The translations under genes were made by a program, and so were the position numbers. 64,000 nucleotides of DNA, from positions 64,001-128,000 of the IMG/VR virus record IMGVR_UViG_3300028591_000090; one strand, 5' to 3'. This document shows, piece after piece, positions 1-9,469 of the stretch. The DNA comes from a virus (Duplodnaviria; Caudoviricetes). Position 1 is the stretch's first letter. Every line of letters starts with the position of its first letter. Below the pieces are notes generated by a model. The model saw only the letters and a program-made list of their open reading frames with translations, did not search any database and was not told where the DNA came from.

Positions 1-272
1 AGAGCAAGAAGAGATTTTACAACCTCAATCTTATCATCTCTATCGTCTACACCTTTATCTATAATATTCATCATTTTGAGAATAATTAGAGTTTGAGATG
101 TAAATTCTGGACCGGGAATAGGGTGGGTTTCTTTTTCCCACGTTCTCATTCCGATTTTGATAAACTTCATTATCCGTTTCTCTTCTTCGTATGTAACTTC
201 TTTTAGTTCTTTACGAAGACGGAAATAGATTTTTATCCAAGTCCAAAGATTTATTTTTGTTTTTACCGCCCC
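1..272 (-). CDS. partial hypothetical protein (runs off window start; start codon unclear)
   Basis: Frame open from ~290 to window edge (..KINLWTWIKIYFRLRKELKE..), downstream of TATATTTG at 309-316. The nearby ATG at 274 is out of frame by one base within a G4 run. Confidence 0.35.
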
Positions 273-322
273 ATTTGTTTGTATCTTTTTTTATTTATTT
301 ATGAGCCGCAAATATACCAAAA

Positions 323-354
323 AAGTTGTAGATTCATAAAAAAACCTACAACTT
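323..354 (-). terminator. intrinsic terminator after Hsp20 pair
   Basis: aagttgtag...ctacaactt inverted repeat with adjacent A/T run. Confidence 0.55.
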
Positions 355-381
355 CGCACAAAGAAAATATCAACAATTTAA

Positions 382-825
382 CTATTCTATATTAATAGCG
401 AATGCTTTTGTTTCTGGTTCTTTCTTTTCCTTAAATGGAATTGCGACGTAAAGCAAACCATTTTCGTATTTAACTTTGATACCCTCGATATTAAACAAGT
501 CTTTATCAACGTCGATAATAAACTCATTAATGTATCTGATTGTTTTCACCTCGTAATTTCTTATTGGTTCTTGACAATCTTTTTCTGTATTACGAGTAAT
601 AACGAGTTGGTTATTCTCATTAAAGTTTACAGATAAGTCTTCTTTTCGAACACCAGGATAGGCAATCTCAAAATGAGAACCCCAATCATCTCTGTATTTG
701 TTTACATTCGTATCAATCATACCAATTTCATTTTTTACTTCAATAGAATCGCTTCCAAGTGCTTCCATCAATTTCTTTTTCATTTCATCTGATACTTTAT
801 CAGAAATTATAAGTCTTCCGTACAT
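382..825 (-). CDS. small heat-shock protein (Hsp20/alpha-crystallin)
   Basis: IAYPGVRKEDLSV and VKYENGLLYVAIP motifs, C-terminal IxI motif. Confidence 0.85.
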   Translation of the reverse strand: MYGRLIISDKVSDEMKKKLMEALGSDSIEVKNEIGMIDTNVNKYRDDWGSHFEIAYPGVRKEDLSVNFNENNQLVITRNTEKDCQEPIRNYEVKTIRYINEFIIDVDKDLFNIEGIKVKYENGLLYVAIPFKEKKEPETKAFAINIE

Positions 826-837
826 AGTTTTATATTT

Positions 838-1260
838 TTAATCAATTTTAATACTAAATCCTTTATTTTTCTTTTCTTTAACAAAAGGTACTGTAATTGT
901 CATCATACCGTTTTCAACTTTTACTTTTGTTTTCTCTACATCTGTATTTTTTGTAGGAATATTAAAGAAGAAATCTGATTGTGGGAAAGGAATATTTTCT
1001 TTTTCTTTGAATTGAATAGAAAGATAAGAACCTTCCTTAATTTCAACCGAAATATCTTCTTTTGAATATCCTGGTACTGCGACATAGAAAAGAGCACCGT
1101 CTTCGTTTACTCTTTTAATGTAGTTTCTACCAGAGAAAGATTCAAACATTTTCGATACAGAATCAGTAAGGTTTGTGTTTTGTGGACAGAAAGAATCGAA
1201 CATATCGTTCATTGATTTTCTTAAATCCTTTAGAGTTGCTAACATATTATTATTTTCCAT
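838..1260 (-). CDS. small heat-shock protein (Hsp20/alpha-crystallin)
   Basis: VAVPGYSKEDISVEI and VENGMMTITVP motifs, C-terminal IKI. Start moved to ATG 1260 because GTG 1290 abuts the promoter. Confidence 0.85.
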   Translation of the reverse strand: MENNNMLATLKDLRKSMNDMFDSFCPQNTNLTDSVSKMFESFSGRNYIKRVNEDGALFYVAVPGYSKEDISVEIKEGSYLSIQFKEKENIPFPQSDFFFNIPTKNTDVEKTKVKVENGMMTITVPFVKEKKNKGFSIKID

Positions 1261-1292
1261 AGTTTTTAAATTTTTTAATTTTCTCGCCACTT

Positions 1293-1308
1293 GTCAATTA
1301 CCGTGCCA
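1293..1308 (-). promoter_or_regulatory. sigma54-like -24/-12 promoter
   Basis: Minus strand TGGCACG-GTAA-TTGAC versus consensus TGGCACG-N4-TTGC, ~35 nt upstream of the Hsp20 ATG. Confidence 0.6.
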
Positions 1309-1321
1309 CACAATAGTAATA

Positions 1322-1361
1322 TGACAAAATGACAGAAAATTTAAAATTTATCTGTCATTTT
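1322..1361. promoter_or_regulatory. TGACA/TGTCA boxes and 11-bp inverted repeat (operator/UAS or terminator)
   Basis: TGACA at 1322 and 1330, TGTCA at 1353; aaaatgacaga (1326-1336) pairs with tctgtcatttt (1351-1361). Confidence 0.45.
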
Positions 1362-1369
1362 TGCAAACA

Positions 1370-1585
1370 CTACGAAATCAATCCGTTACTGTCTTTTGGT
1401 AGAAACTCATCTGGAACTTTACCACATTTAGCACAAACAAATGTTTGAATTGGCATAACGGTATCTTTTGTTTCTCCAGTTAATAACTTACTAAAACGGT
1501 AGAACATATGTGCCTCAAGAAAAGCAGTACCACCACATTCACAAACCAATTGCTTCCCGTCTGATAATTTCAAATTTCCGTCCAT
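1370..1585 (-). CDS. small Zn-ribbon protein
   Basis: CECG...CAKCG. Confidence 0.65.
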   Translation of the reverse strand: MDGNLKLSDGKQLVCECGGTAFLEAHMFYRFSKLLTGETKDTVMPIQTFVCAKCGKVPDEFLPKDSNGLIS

Positions 1586-1586
1586 C

Positions 1587-2069
1587 TTATTCGTATTTTT
1601 TTTCTTTATCTTTGTTTATTTCAAGAGTCAAATCCAAAATATTATCTTGAATCACTCTTTGACAAGTTTTTAATTCTTGATACATATTAAGAGCATTCTT
1701 TGCTGCAATTGCATAGATTTCTTGGTTTCTCAACATCATTTGCTTCTTTGCTTTCTTAAAGGCAATCTTCTTACCATAGTTTTCGTCATATTGGTCTCCT
1801 TGAGATAATACAACCGTCCCAACAAATGTTTCATATCCAAAAACATTTCTTTCGTTTAAATGCTGAATTTTTTTTGTTTTTCGGTTTTTAACAAAAACAG
1901 AAAACAATTCTTCACTTGCAGAAGTTGTTGGACTTGATGTTGTAAAACGAGCAGAAATTTTACACGTAATTGCTCTCTTCTTCTCTGTTGTTACAGATTT
2001 GAAATACTCGACATCTTTAATTAAGAATCCCCAAATTTTTGGTCTTCTTTGTTTCTTTACTGCTTCCAT
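1587..2069 (-). CDS. hypothetical phage protein
   Basis: 160-aa ORF in operon-like packing. Confidence 0.65.
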   Translation of the reverse strand: MEAVKKQRRPKIWGFLIKDVEYFKSVTTEKKRAITCKISARFTTSSPTTSASEELFSVFVKNRKTKKIQHLNERNVFGYETFVGTVVLSQGDQYDENYGKKIAFKKAKKQMMLRNQEIYAIAAKNALNMYQELKTCQRVIQDNILDLTLEINKDKEKKYE

Positions 2070-2078
2070 ATTATTCTA

Positions 2079-2879
2079 TTATTTTAAGTTTTCTTTAATA
2101 TTAAAAATTTCTATAGCCATATCATAAAAACCAGTATCTACAAATTTGGCACACGCAGGTGAAAATATTTCGTTAAAAACACCTATAAAATATTCTTTAT
2201 CTAAAAATTTATATATTAGTGGTAACGCACAATATATAGATTTATCATTTTGAATACAAATAGAAACATCTTCTACATCTTTAGCAAAACAAATTCCAAT
2301 TTTTATATTATCTGAAATAACTAAAGTTTGCATTCTTTCAAAAGCAAGATTTTCTTGTAGTACTTTATCAAAACCATCTTTTATAGAACATTCTAATTTT
2401 TTAAGAATTTCATCTCTTGAAAAATCAATAAGAATACGTCTTTCGTTTATTGCTTTTAAAGGAGAAGATTCAATTCCATATTTTAAAATATTCTCTTGAA
2501 GGGAATATATTTCGCAATAAAAACAGTCGTTTTCTTCATTAAAAGAAAAGTCCATTTTAAATGGGAAAAAAATACGATGCAAAATATCCATTAAGGCTCT
2601 TTGTTCTTTTTTATAATAATGAAAAGCTTCATTATCTATAAAAAGTTTAAAATTACATATATCAAAAAAACTTATATATGTACCTTCTTCTGTTCCAAAT
2701 ATATTTATAACAAACGTATTATAATGCCAAAGTCTTTTTAAATTATCATAATCAAAATCTGATAATTTCTTATTAAAAGAATCTTTAATTTTTTGTTCAA
2801 TGCCAAAATCTTTTGGCTTACCTACTAATTCTGGATATTTACTAAAAATAAATCCAAGTTTTTTTTCTTTTTTTTCCAT
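2079..2879 (-). CDS. hypothetical protein, paralog of 2886..3713
   Basis: Shared MEKxEKKLGFxFxxYPxLxGK start, FHYYK/FDYYK, EExxCF, IFSP and KENLK end. Confidence 0.7.
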   Translation of the reverse strand: MEKKEKKLGFIFSKYPELVGKPKDFGIEQKIKDSFNKKLSDFDYDNLKRLWHYNTFVINIFGTEEGTYISFFDICNFKLFIDNEAFHYYKKEQRALMDILHRIFFPFKMDFSFNEENDCFYCEIYSLQENILKYGIESSPLKAINERRILIDFSRDEILKKLECSIKDGFDKVLQENLAFERMQTLVISDNIKIGICFAKDVEDVSICIQNDKSIYCALPLIYKFLDKEYFIGVFNEIFSPACAKFVDTGFYDMAIEIFNIKENLK

Positions 2880-2885
2880 ATTATT

Positions 2886-3713
2886 CTAATTTTTTAAGTT
2901 TTCTTTAACATTTTTAATTACGAGACAAAATTCAAAACCATTATTTTCATCCATAAGGTCGACAAAAGTAGGTGAAAAAATATCCTTAAAAATACCAATA
3001 ATTTCAACTTCACTAACAAAAGAACACAATGATGATAAATGAACAGTAATAATATCATCGGATGCAAAACAAAATTTAGCAAAATCATGTGAATTTAAAC
3101 AAAAATCAACATATAATTTTAAATTATCACTTAAAAGAGATTCTTGTATTTTTTTAATTTTATCGGATGCTTCATATTCAAAGAAATTTTTTATCTTTTC
3201 TTCTATATTTTCTTTTAATACATAAAAAAAATACTTTTTTACAGTTTTATAAATAAGATTATTATTTCTAATAAAATCTAATCTAAAATTTTTTGTTCTA
3301 TTTTTTATAATAGAAGCCATTATCTCTTTAATTTCTACCAAAAAACAATTATCCTCTTCTATAAAAATAACATTTACTGGGAAAGGATTAAATACGTTTT
3401 GAAATACATGATTTAATTCTTCTATATTATGTTTATAATAGTCAAAAGTTTTATTGTTCATATAAATAAAATTATGTGTATAATAATCAAAACATTCTAA
3501 AATTATCCTATTACAATTATAATTTTTATTTTTTATTTTAAAACTCCACTTTTCTGTACCTTTGAACAGGAAATCAATATCATTTTCCGATAAACGACTA
3601 AAATAGTTTTCAAAAGTTTCTTTTAACAAGTTTTCTGTTACAAATGCATTACTTTTCCCAAATAATTGTGGGTATTCAGTAAAAACAAAACCCAATTTTT
3701 TTTCTTTTTCCAT
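2886..3713 (-). CDS. hypothetical protein, paralog of 2079..2879
   Basis: Same shared motifs as 2079..2879. Confidence 0.7.
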   Translation of the reverse strand: MEKEKKLGFVFTEYPQLFGKSNAFVTENLLKETFENYFSRLSENDIDFLFKGTEKWSFKIKNKNYNCNRIILECFDYYTHNFIYMNNKTFDYYKHNIEELNHVFQNVFNPFPVNVIFIEEDNCFLVEIKEIMASIIKNRTKNFRLDFIRNNNLIYKTVKKYFFYVLKENIEEKIKNFFEYEASDKIKKIQESLLSDNLKLYVDFCLNSHDFAKFCFASDDIITVHLSSLCSFVSEVEIIGIFKDIFSPTFVDLMDENNGFEFCLVIKNVKENLKN

Positions 3714-3719
3714 ATTATT

Positions 3720-5576
3720 CTATTTTTTTAAGTTTTCTTTAAATTTTTTATAATCATCTGCAAAAGAATCTTCTATATCTTCATCAAATGATTTTACAGT
3801 TGTTTCATATCCGTATTTAGATGCTATTTCGATAAACTTATCTGGTTCTACCTTTGTATGTGCAATAAGTTCATCTGAAACATCTAATAAGAATTTTTTG
3901 TTTCCCTCAATCAATTTAACGGTTCTATCATAAAGTTTCTTTAGATAATGTTCGCAAAGGTCGTCTTTTTCTTTCGGACGACTCATATAATAATCATCAT
4001 CATATACACCAATAAAATCAGACATTGCGTACATTGTTACATAATCGAGAATATCAGCAGTTGCATGTTTCAAATCAGAACTTGCTCCACTTGTTATTTT
4101 ATCTTCACCAAAAATAAGTTCTTCTGCAACACGTCCTGCCAATGCGATACAAATCTTTTTCTCATATTGTTCTTTTGTACCAAGCAAAGGGTAGACAGTA
4201 CAGAAACCACCCATATTTGGTTGTGATACAGAAGACACTAACTGACGTGGAGCAACATTAAATAATACTGCTTGTGCTACAGCGTGACCAGATTCGTGAA
4301 CAGAATGAATTGTCTTCAAATCTTCTGTTTTATCTTTCTTAATAGATTCAAGAGTTCTTGATATACCAAAAGTATATTTTTCTACTTTATCAACCATACC
4401 GATAACGGTATGATCTCTATAATCGAGAGTGATTTTTTTACACCCATCGTTATCCTTTATCTTTTGAATCAAAAAATTTGCAATTGGATTTTCAAAGAAC
4501 AATGCAACCGTACTAAAGATAGGTCGAACTCCTTGTACTGGATAAACACCATATTTATAAATTGCATCTAACAAATTTTGTGTTGCAATAAATGTTACAC
4601 CCGTTTGTTCTTTAATTCTCTCTGACGTGGTATCAATAACGTGTTTAATCAAATCCTTGTTTGCTTGTTTTGACAATACAGGATAAATGATATGAATATT
4701 ACCAAGTCTTGCAATCTGTTCTTGACGGAATCTTTTTGATAGTGCTTGTTTGATTCTTGATACTTTGATGTCGTTTGTTAATTCATTATAAATGTCAGCG
4801 TCTGTATCATTATCATATCCTTCTTTATAAATATCAAATGCTTCATCAAGATTTGCTCCAATAATTACCAATACTTTATTGTAAACCTTATTTTCATAAA
4901 CTTCCATTTTTTTATCTATACCTTTGATAATAGATAGGACTTGTGCTGGTTTGATTTTATTAATATTATAAATCTTGTCAATACCCGTCATAAAAAAAAG
5001 ACTTCTGATTTTACTTAATGTATAATCTGACAAATCAGATGTTTTTTTCTTTATATCCTTTGAACGCTCAAGGTCATCAATCATATTTCTAATTCTTGAT
5101 TTAAGGCTATAATCAACAGGAAATGTACCATCAGACAAAAAAGTCCACAAATCTATAGCAGTAGATGAGTTTTTTTCAAGAATTTCATGATTATCTTCAT
5201 CTATTGTCTTCAATTTTTGAAATTCATCAATGAAAACAACACCCATATCATCATCAAACTCGCTTTCAACGATTGCGTCTTTAAGGTAGTATGCATCGGT
5301 ACTATCTGATTGAATTTCACAATAATTATCTGACATTTGTATCAGTTTTACGAAACTTCTAACCAAATCTGTCTTACCAACACCAGTAATACCCCAAAGA
5401 TTTACAATCAACGGCTTCGTTCTTAAATCTGGATATAGATACCAAGAAGAAATAGCGTCAATGAATTGGTCAATAACCTTATCAATACCGAAAAATTTCT
5501 TTTTCAGTTCAATACGAGCATTTTCCAATACTTTCTCTTTTTCTATAAGTTCCTCTTTCTTTTTATCTAACTTCAT
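3720..5576 (-). CDS. soluble AAA+ ATPase fused to M41 (FtsH-type) metallopeptidase
   Basis: Walker A GITGVGKT, Walker B VFIDEFQK, HESGH zinc motif, LAGRVAEE and GASSDL motifs; no transmembrane segment. Confidence 0.85.
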   Translation of the reverse strand: MKLDKKKEELIEKEKVLENARIELKKKFFGIDKVIDQFIDAISSWYLYPDLRTKPLIVNLWGITGVGKTDLVRSFVKLIQMSDNYCEIQSDSTDAYYLKDAIVESEFDDDMGVVFIDEFQKLKTIDEDNHEILEKNSSTAIDLWTFLSDGTFPVDYSLKSRIRNMIDDLERSKDIKKKTSDLSDYTLSKIRSLFFMTGIDKIYNINKIKPAQVLSIIKGIDKKMEVYENKVYNKVLVIIGANLDEAFDIYKEGYDNDTDADIYNELTNDIKVSRIKQALSKRFRQEQIARLGNIHIIYPVLSKQANKDLIKHVIDTTSERIKEQTGVTFIATQNLLDAIYKYGVYPVQGVRPIFSTVALFFENPIANFLIQKIKDNDGCKKITLDYRDHTVIGMVDKVEKYTFGISRTLESIKKDKTEDLKTIHSVHESGHAVAQAVLFNVAPRQLVSSVSQPNMGGFCTVYPLLGTKEQYEKKICIALAGRVAEELIFGEDKITSGASSDLKHATADILDYVTMYAMSDFIGVYDDDYYMSRPKEKDDLCEHYLKKLYDRTVKLIEGNKKFLLDVSDELIAHTKVEPDKFIEIASKYGYETTVKSFDEDIEDSFADDYKKFKENLKK

Positions 5577-5582
5577 AAAAAA

Positions 5583-5906
5583 TTACTTATTAATTACTGC
5601 TTGAATTTTTTCTTTTATACTATTTTTCTCACCAAGACCGTTAAATCTATCAACAACAGTACCTTGTTTAATAATAATTACAGTCGGAAGACCACGTATA
5701 CTAAATTTAGCAGCAATATCATCGTTTTCTTCACCATCACAAGTGTAAAATTCAACATCTTTTAAATCCTCATCTTCTGACAAAGATTCAAATGTAGGTT
5801 TAAATGCCTTACATTGGCAACAAAAGTCTGCCCAAAAATCAATAACGATAACCTTATCACTTTTCAAGGCTTCGTCAATGTTTGCATTCGTTAATTCATT
5901 AGTCAT
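5583..5906 (-). CDS. thioredoxin
   Basis: IDFWADFCCQCK (CxxC) and IRGLPT cis-Pro motif. Confidence 0.85.
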   Translation of the reverse strand: MTNELTNANIDEALKSDKVIVIDFWADFCCQCKAFKPTFESLSEDEDLKDVEFYTCDGEENDDIAAKFSIRGLPTVIIIKQGTVVDRFNGLGEKNSIKEKIQAVINK

Positions 5907-5933
5907 AACTTATATATTTTTTATAATTCTTTG

Positions 5934-5941
5934 CAAATATA
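5934..5941 (-). promoter_or_regulatory. Bacteroidota-type -7 promoter element TAnnTTTG (one of ~15 sites)
   Basis: Sites upstream of starts on the matching strand: 309, 5934, 7720, 21474, 21854, 22944, 27262, 28583, 30653, 38005, 38588, 40247, 59547 (-); 23005, 60337 (+). Confidence 0.75.
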
Positions 5942-5967
5942 ATAAAATTTTTGAATATAACAAAAAA

Positions 5968-5991
5968 AAAGCGAGAATTTTTTCTCGCTTT
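5968..5991 (-). terminator. intrinsic terminator
   Basis: aaagcgagaa/ttctcgcttt stem with adjacent A9 run. Confidence 0.7.
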
Positions 5992-6208
5992 ATTGTTTTT
6001 TTTCTTGTTCGTCCTTAAATGGACTTTGTTGTGTTATTGTTCCGTCTGCAAGTTCGTACACTATTTTGTCATCAACGGAAAAAACTAATGGTATTCCTTT
6101 TTCGTGATTCTCCTTTATCACTTTTTGAACTGCATTGTTTCCAATAATTTCAATTTCATACCCTTTAATTTGGCAATCAACATCATTTATTGAATCATTT
6201 TCATTCAT
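5990..6208 (-). CDS. hypothetical protein
   Basis: 72-aa ORF coupled to upstream gene. Confidence 0.55.
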   Translation of the reverse strand: MNENDSINDVDCQIKGYEIEIIGNNAVQKVIKENHEKGIPLVFSVDDKIVYELADGTITQQSPFKDEQEKKQ

Positions 6209-6404
6209 GGTCTGCTAAAAATTTTATTTTTTGTATTACGTCTTCAATAATCGTAGCACATTCGTTATAGATAGAAGTCTCCCTTTGCGTCATCGGTTCG
6301 CCACCAGCTATTTTTTTTGACAGAAGAACAAGGGTATAGTTATCTACTTTACCTGTGTCAATAAACATATTCCACTTTTCATCTGTGATTAAATTATCTT
6401 GCAT
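6201..6404 (-). CDS. hypothetical protein
   Basis: 67-aa ORF coupled to dNMP kinase. Confidence 0.55.
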   Translation of the reverse strand: MQDNLITDEKWNMFIDTGKVDNYTLVLLSKKIAGGEPMTQRETSIYNECATIIEDVIQKIKFLADHE

Positions 6405-6943
6405 TGTATTATCTTCTCTCTTAAATCGTCTATACTACCATCGTTATTTATTATAAAGTCAAAGTCATTATAGTTATCTAACGCTGTTTCAGATATATGC
6501 GTGTTTGACAAATCATCTGTTGGTCTTTTTACACGTATTACAATACCACCAAGTTTCTTTATCCCCTCAACTTCGTTTGGAAATCTTACATCAGTAATAA
6601 CCCAATTCTGTGAATCGTCATAAGAAGACAATGTAGAAATCACCCAAGTATTCGGATTTATAAGATTTCTAAAACAATCTGTCCCAATGTGTTGTAACAT
6701 CCAACGTGGTGTTGTTTTTATTACATTTCCATTTTCATCTTTAATCCACCATTCTTCTTTTAATGGAGATTCTTTGAATTCTCTATCTTCAAGTTTCTCT
6801 CTTGGACAACCAAGTAATAATGCAGTAATTTCTTTTAATCTATCTGCATATTTAACAATTTTGAAAGAACCATCTAATGATTTAATGATTTTTCCAATTT
6901 CATCTTTACCAGCATTCATTTTGCCTGCAACACCAATAATCAT
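6389..6943 (-). CDS. deoxynucleoside monophosphate kinase (T4 gp1-like)
   Basis: GKMNAGKD P-loop, PRWMLQHIGT, ITDVRFPNE, HISE motifs. Confidence 0.85.
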   Translation of the reverse strand: MIIGVAGKMNAGKDEIGKIIKSLDGSFKIVKYADRLKEITALLLGCPREKLEDREFKESPLKEEWWIKDENGNVIKTTPRWMLQHIGTDCFRNLINPNTWVISTLSSYDDSQNWVITDVRFPNEVEGIKKLGGIVIRVKRPTDDLSNTHISETALDNYNDFDFIINNDGSIDDLREKIIQCKII

Positions 6944-6946
6944 ATT

Positions 6947-7705
6947 TTAAAATAATTTTAATTGTTTGTGAGTATTTAATAATCTATTATTTGCTATTTC
7001 TGTGTAATTCTTTGATATTTCACAACCTATAAATCTTCTATCCAACAACTTGCATGCAACAGCAGTTGTTCCGCTTCCCATAAACGGGTCAAGAACAATA
7101 TCTCCCTCATACGTTAATAGATTTATAAATTTTGTTGCGAAATCAATAGAAAAATTTGCTTTAGTTAGTCCATTTGTTTCTGTCTTAAAGTTTTCAACAC
7201 CTCTTGTCATATTCATAAAGGTATCTTTATCAATTGTTGAAATTCCGTCTGTTTCTTTTTTCCACGAATCTTTAAAGTCAATCAATACTCCCTCAAATGG
7301 TGAGTTTATATATGGCGAAGAAGCAGATAGCCAACTTCCCCACGCTGTTGCTTTTGCAAGTGTTATATCTTGCCAAACAGTCATTGCATGATGCTTAAAC
7401 CCAATTGACTCCATTAAATTATAAATGATAGATAATGGAGACGTTCTTTGTTTTGCTGTTCCCAAAGATAAGTAATGATTTATTGCTATACGTCCATCTT
7501 TTTTAAGTACACGATAACATTCCTTTAACCACACTTCGCACCATTTATAATAGTCAAGCCAATCAATGTTATCATTGTAAGAATCATAATCAATGCCAAC
7601 ATTATATGGTGGAGATGTTAGGATAAAATCAATAGAATTTTCTTCTATCTTTTGTAGAAAACTCACACAATCTTCGTTATATATCTTATTCTCTTCGAGA
7701 ATCAT
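6947..7705 (-). CDS. DNA N4-cytosine/N6-adenine methyltransferase (beta class)
   Basis: TSPPY precedes DPFMGSGTT; ends QLKLF. Confidence 0.9.
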   Translation of the reverse strand: MILEENKIYNEDCVSFLQKIEENSIDFILTSPPYNVGIDYDSYNDNIDWLDYYKWCEVWLKECYRVLKKDGRIAINHYLSLGTAKQRTSPLSIIYNLMESIGFKHHAMTVWQDITLAKATAWGSWLSASSPYINSPFEGVLIDFKDSWKKETDGISTIDKDTFMNMTRGVENFKTETNGLTKANFSIDFATKFINLLTYEGDIVLDPFMGSGTTAVACKLLDRRFIGCEISKNYTEIANNRLLNTHKQLKLF

Positions 7706-7750
7706 AGAAAAATTTTCTGCAAATATAAAAAACTTTTTTATAAAAAGAAA

Positions 7751-7780
7751 AAGAACTGATAAAAATTTTTACCAGTTCTT
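7751..7780 (-). terminator. intrinsic terminator
   Basis: aagaactg...cagttctt stem flanked by A runs. Confidence 0.5.
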
Positions 7781-7807
7781 CAAAAAAATATTATGTTACA
7801 TAGTGAA

Positions 7808-8098
7808 CTAAGATTCTGGAACAAAGATTTCGTCATCATCGAACATTTTGTCGAATTCTGCCAAATTTGTCATTGCAACAGATTCACCACCGCCAGTATC
7901 AATATCGTTAATATCATCTTTTACTATACCATCTTCTTGTGAAGCAGGAACTTTTGGTTCTTCTTCTGTTGACTCTGTTGGTTCTGTTGGAACTTCTTGT
8001 TCTTGTGCTCCAATTTGTGCATCCTCATCTAAAGATTCTTTGAGAAACTGACTCCAAGTTGGGCATTTACCACCCCATGTCGCTTTATTCATAGTCAA
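7808..8098 (-). CDS. small acidic protein, possible head-internal protein
   Basis: TAAATAA upstream (8114-8120); FLKE followed by an acidic low-complexity body. Confidence 0.55.
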   Translation of the reverse strand: MTMNKATWGGKCPTWSQFLKESLDEDAQIGAQEQEVPTEPTESTEEEPKVPASQEDGIVKDDINDIDTGGGESVAMTNLAEFDKMFDDDEIFVPES

Positions 8099-8182
8099 TA
8101 AAATTATTTTTCTTTATTTATTTAACGATTCTTGTTTGATTTTCGTTTTTAAGTATATCTGCAAAAAAAAATAGAAAGAAAA

Positions 8183-8797
8183 ATGGAAAGTTTAGTAAAA
8201 AAATTAAAAGATGGAAGTTCTGTTGACTTCATTAAAAAACTTAAAGATTTTGGTTATGAAAAAGAATTTGGCTTGTCATTAAACGGAACTGATAATGCTG
8301 TTTATCGTAAAATCATTGATGATGATACAGAAATTAGAGCACATATAACCGAAAATGGTATTATATTTAAAATTAAAAATTCTTTAAAAAATGTTGAAAT
8401 AAAAGCAACTTTTAATTTTGATACGAAAGGTGCTCTTGATTCAGAATTAAATGTAGATTTGTATATTGGTGGATTACCAAAATCTTTAACTACTGAACTT
8501 AACAATATGATAAGAAGAATAGACATCGAAAAAATGGAAAAAACATTTTTTTCAGACGTATATGATTTAATACCAACTTTAGTGGCTATTAACGCAAAAG
8601 AAATTTACGTATCTGGAAGTGTAGCAACCACTATTTCTGAAATGCCTAATTTTATTGAAAACAAAACAAAATTTAAAGATACTGAAACTTTTCCAGTATC
8701 ATATAATTTCGGACAAATTAAAATTGATGAGAAAACAATTGATGTAAATAATTATACAAACTTATCATGGGATGATAATACTGTTTTTTATGCATAA
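8183..8797 (+). CDS. hypothetical protein
   Basis: 204-aa ORF. Confidence 0.65.
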   Translation: MESLVKKLKDGSSVDFIKKLKDFGYEKEFGLSLNGTDNAVYRKIIDDDTEIRAHITENGIIFKIKNSLKNVEIKATFNFDTKGALDSELNVDLYIGGLPKSLTTELNNMIRRIDIEKMEKTFFSDVYDLIPTLVAINAKEIYVSGSVATTISEMPNFIENKTKFKDTETFPVSYNFGQIKIDEKTIDVNNYTNLSWDDNTVFYA

Positions 8798-9469
8798 ATG
8801 AAAGCAATAATAAGTTTAACATCGTGGCGTAAAAGAATAAAAACCGTCGGGATGACGATATATAATATCCATACAATGTGTAAGGATTTCCATATTGTAT
8901 TGGTATTAAGTTCTGACGAATTTTCACAAAAAGAAAAGAATCTTCCAAATGATTTAATAACAATGCTCAATAATAATATCTTTGAGTTATTGTGGGTTGA
9001 GAAAAATTATAAAGCATTTAAGAAGATTCTTTTTACAATGGAAAAGTATAAAGATTTACCTGTTATTAGTGCTGATGATGATTGTCTATATAAAATAAAC
9101 TATGCACAAATACTTTATGAGGAATGGTTAAAACATAAAGATTGTGTTATATCGTTTTCTGGTAGACAACACGACGGAATAATTCATACGTGTGGAAGAT
9201 ATACTCTCTATCCACCATATTGTTTCAAAGAATATGGAACAAATTTTTTAACTGACTATATCATAAATCTTGTAGAAGATGATAAATATTATAGTGCGTT
9301 AAAGAAAGTTATGGGTATAAAATCTATTGTTCTAAATAAATATAGACAGAGGGACATTTGTAGTTTTAGCAATACAGAATCTCCACTCACCAATATATAT
9401 CGTAAAAAGGATCTTGATGAGGCATATAAAAAAAGTCTTGATTACATAAATGCGAACATACAAAAATGA
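8798..9469 (+). CDS. GT-A fold glycosyltransferase (GT2-like), paralog 1
   Basis: IISLTSWxKRI, ISADDD (DxD), EDD. Confidence 0.75.
   Translation: MKAIISLTSWRKRIKTVGMTIYNIHTMCKDFHIVLVLSSDEFSQKEKNLPNDLITMLNNNIFELLWVEKNYKAFKKILFTMEKYKDLPVISADDDCLYKINYAQILYEEWLKHKDCVISFSGRQHDGIIHTCGRYTLYPPYCFKEYGTNFLTDYIINLVEDDKYYSALKKVMGIKSIVLNKYRQRDICSFSNTESPLTNIYRKKDLDEAYKKSLDYINANIQK

Larger units (their letters stand above)
2064..3742. repeat. 35-bp direct repeat x3 at gene junctions (2064-2098, 2874-2908, 3708-3742)
   Basis: ttccatattattcta(tta/att/ttt)ttttaagttttctttaa; encodes KENLK-stop, spacer, ME start. Confidence 0.9.

Noticed and set aside
2079-5576. TAG-to-Gln recoding (Lak/crAss-like), suggested by TAG stops followed in frame by the next gene at 3720 and 2886
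   Set aside because: Long conserved genes across the window are intact in code 11, TAG ends many genes cleanly, and the in-frame spacing is explained by the 35-bp junction repeat
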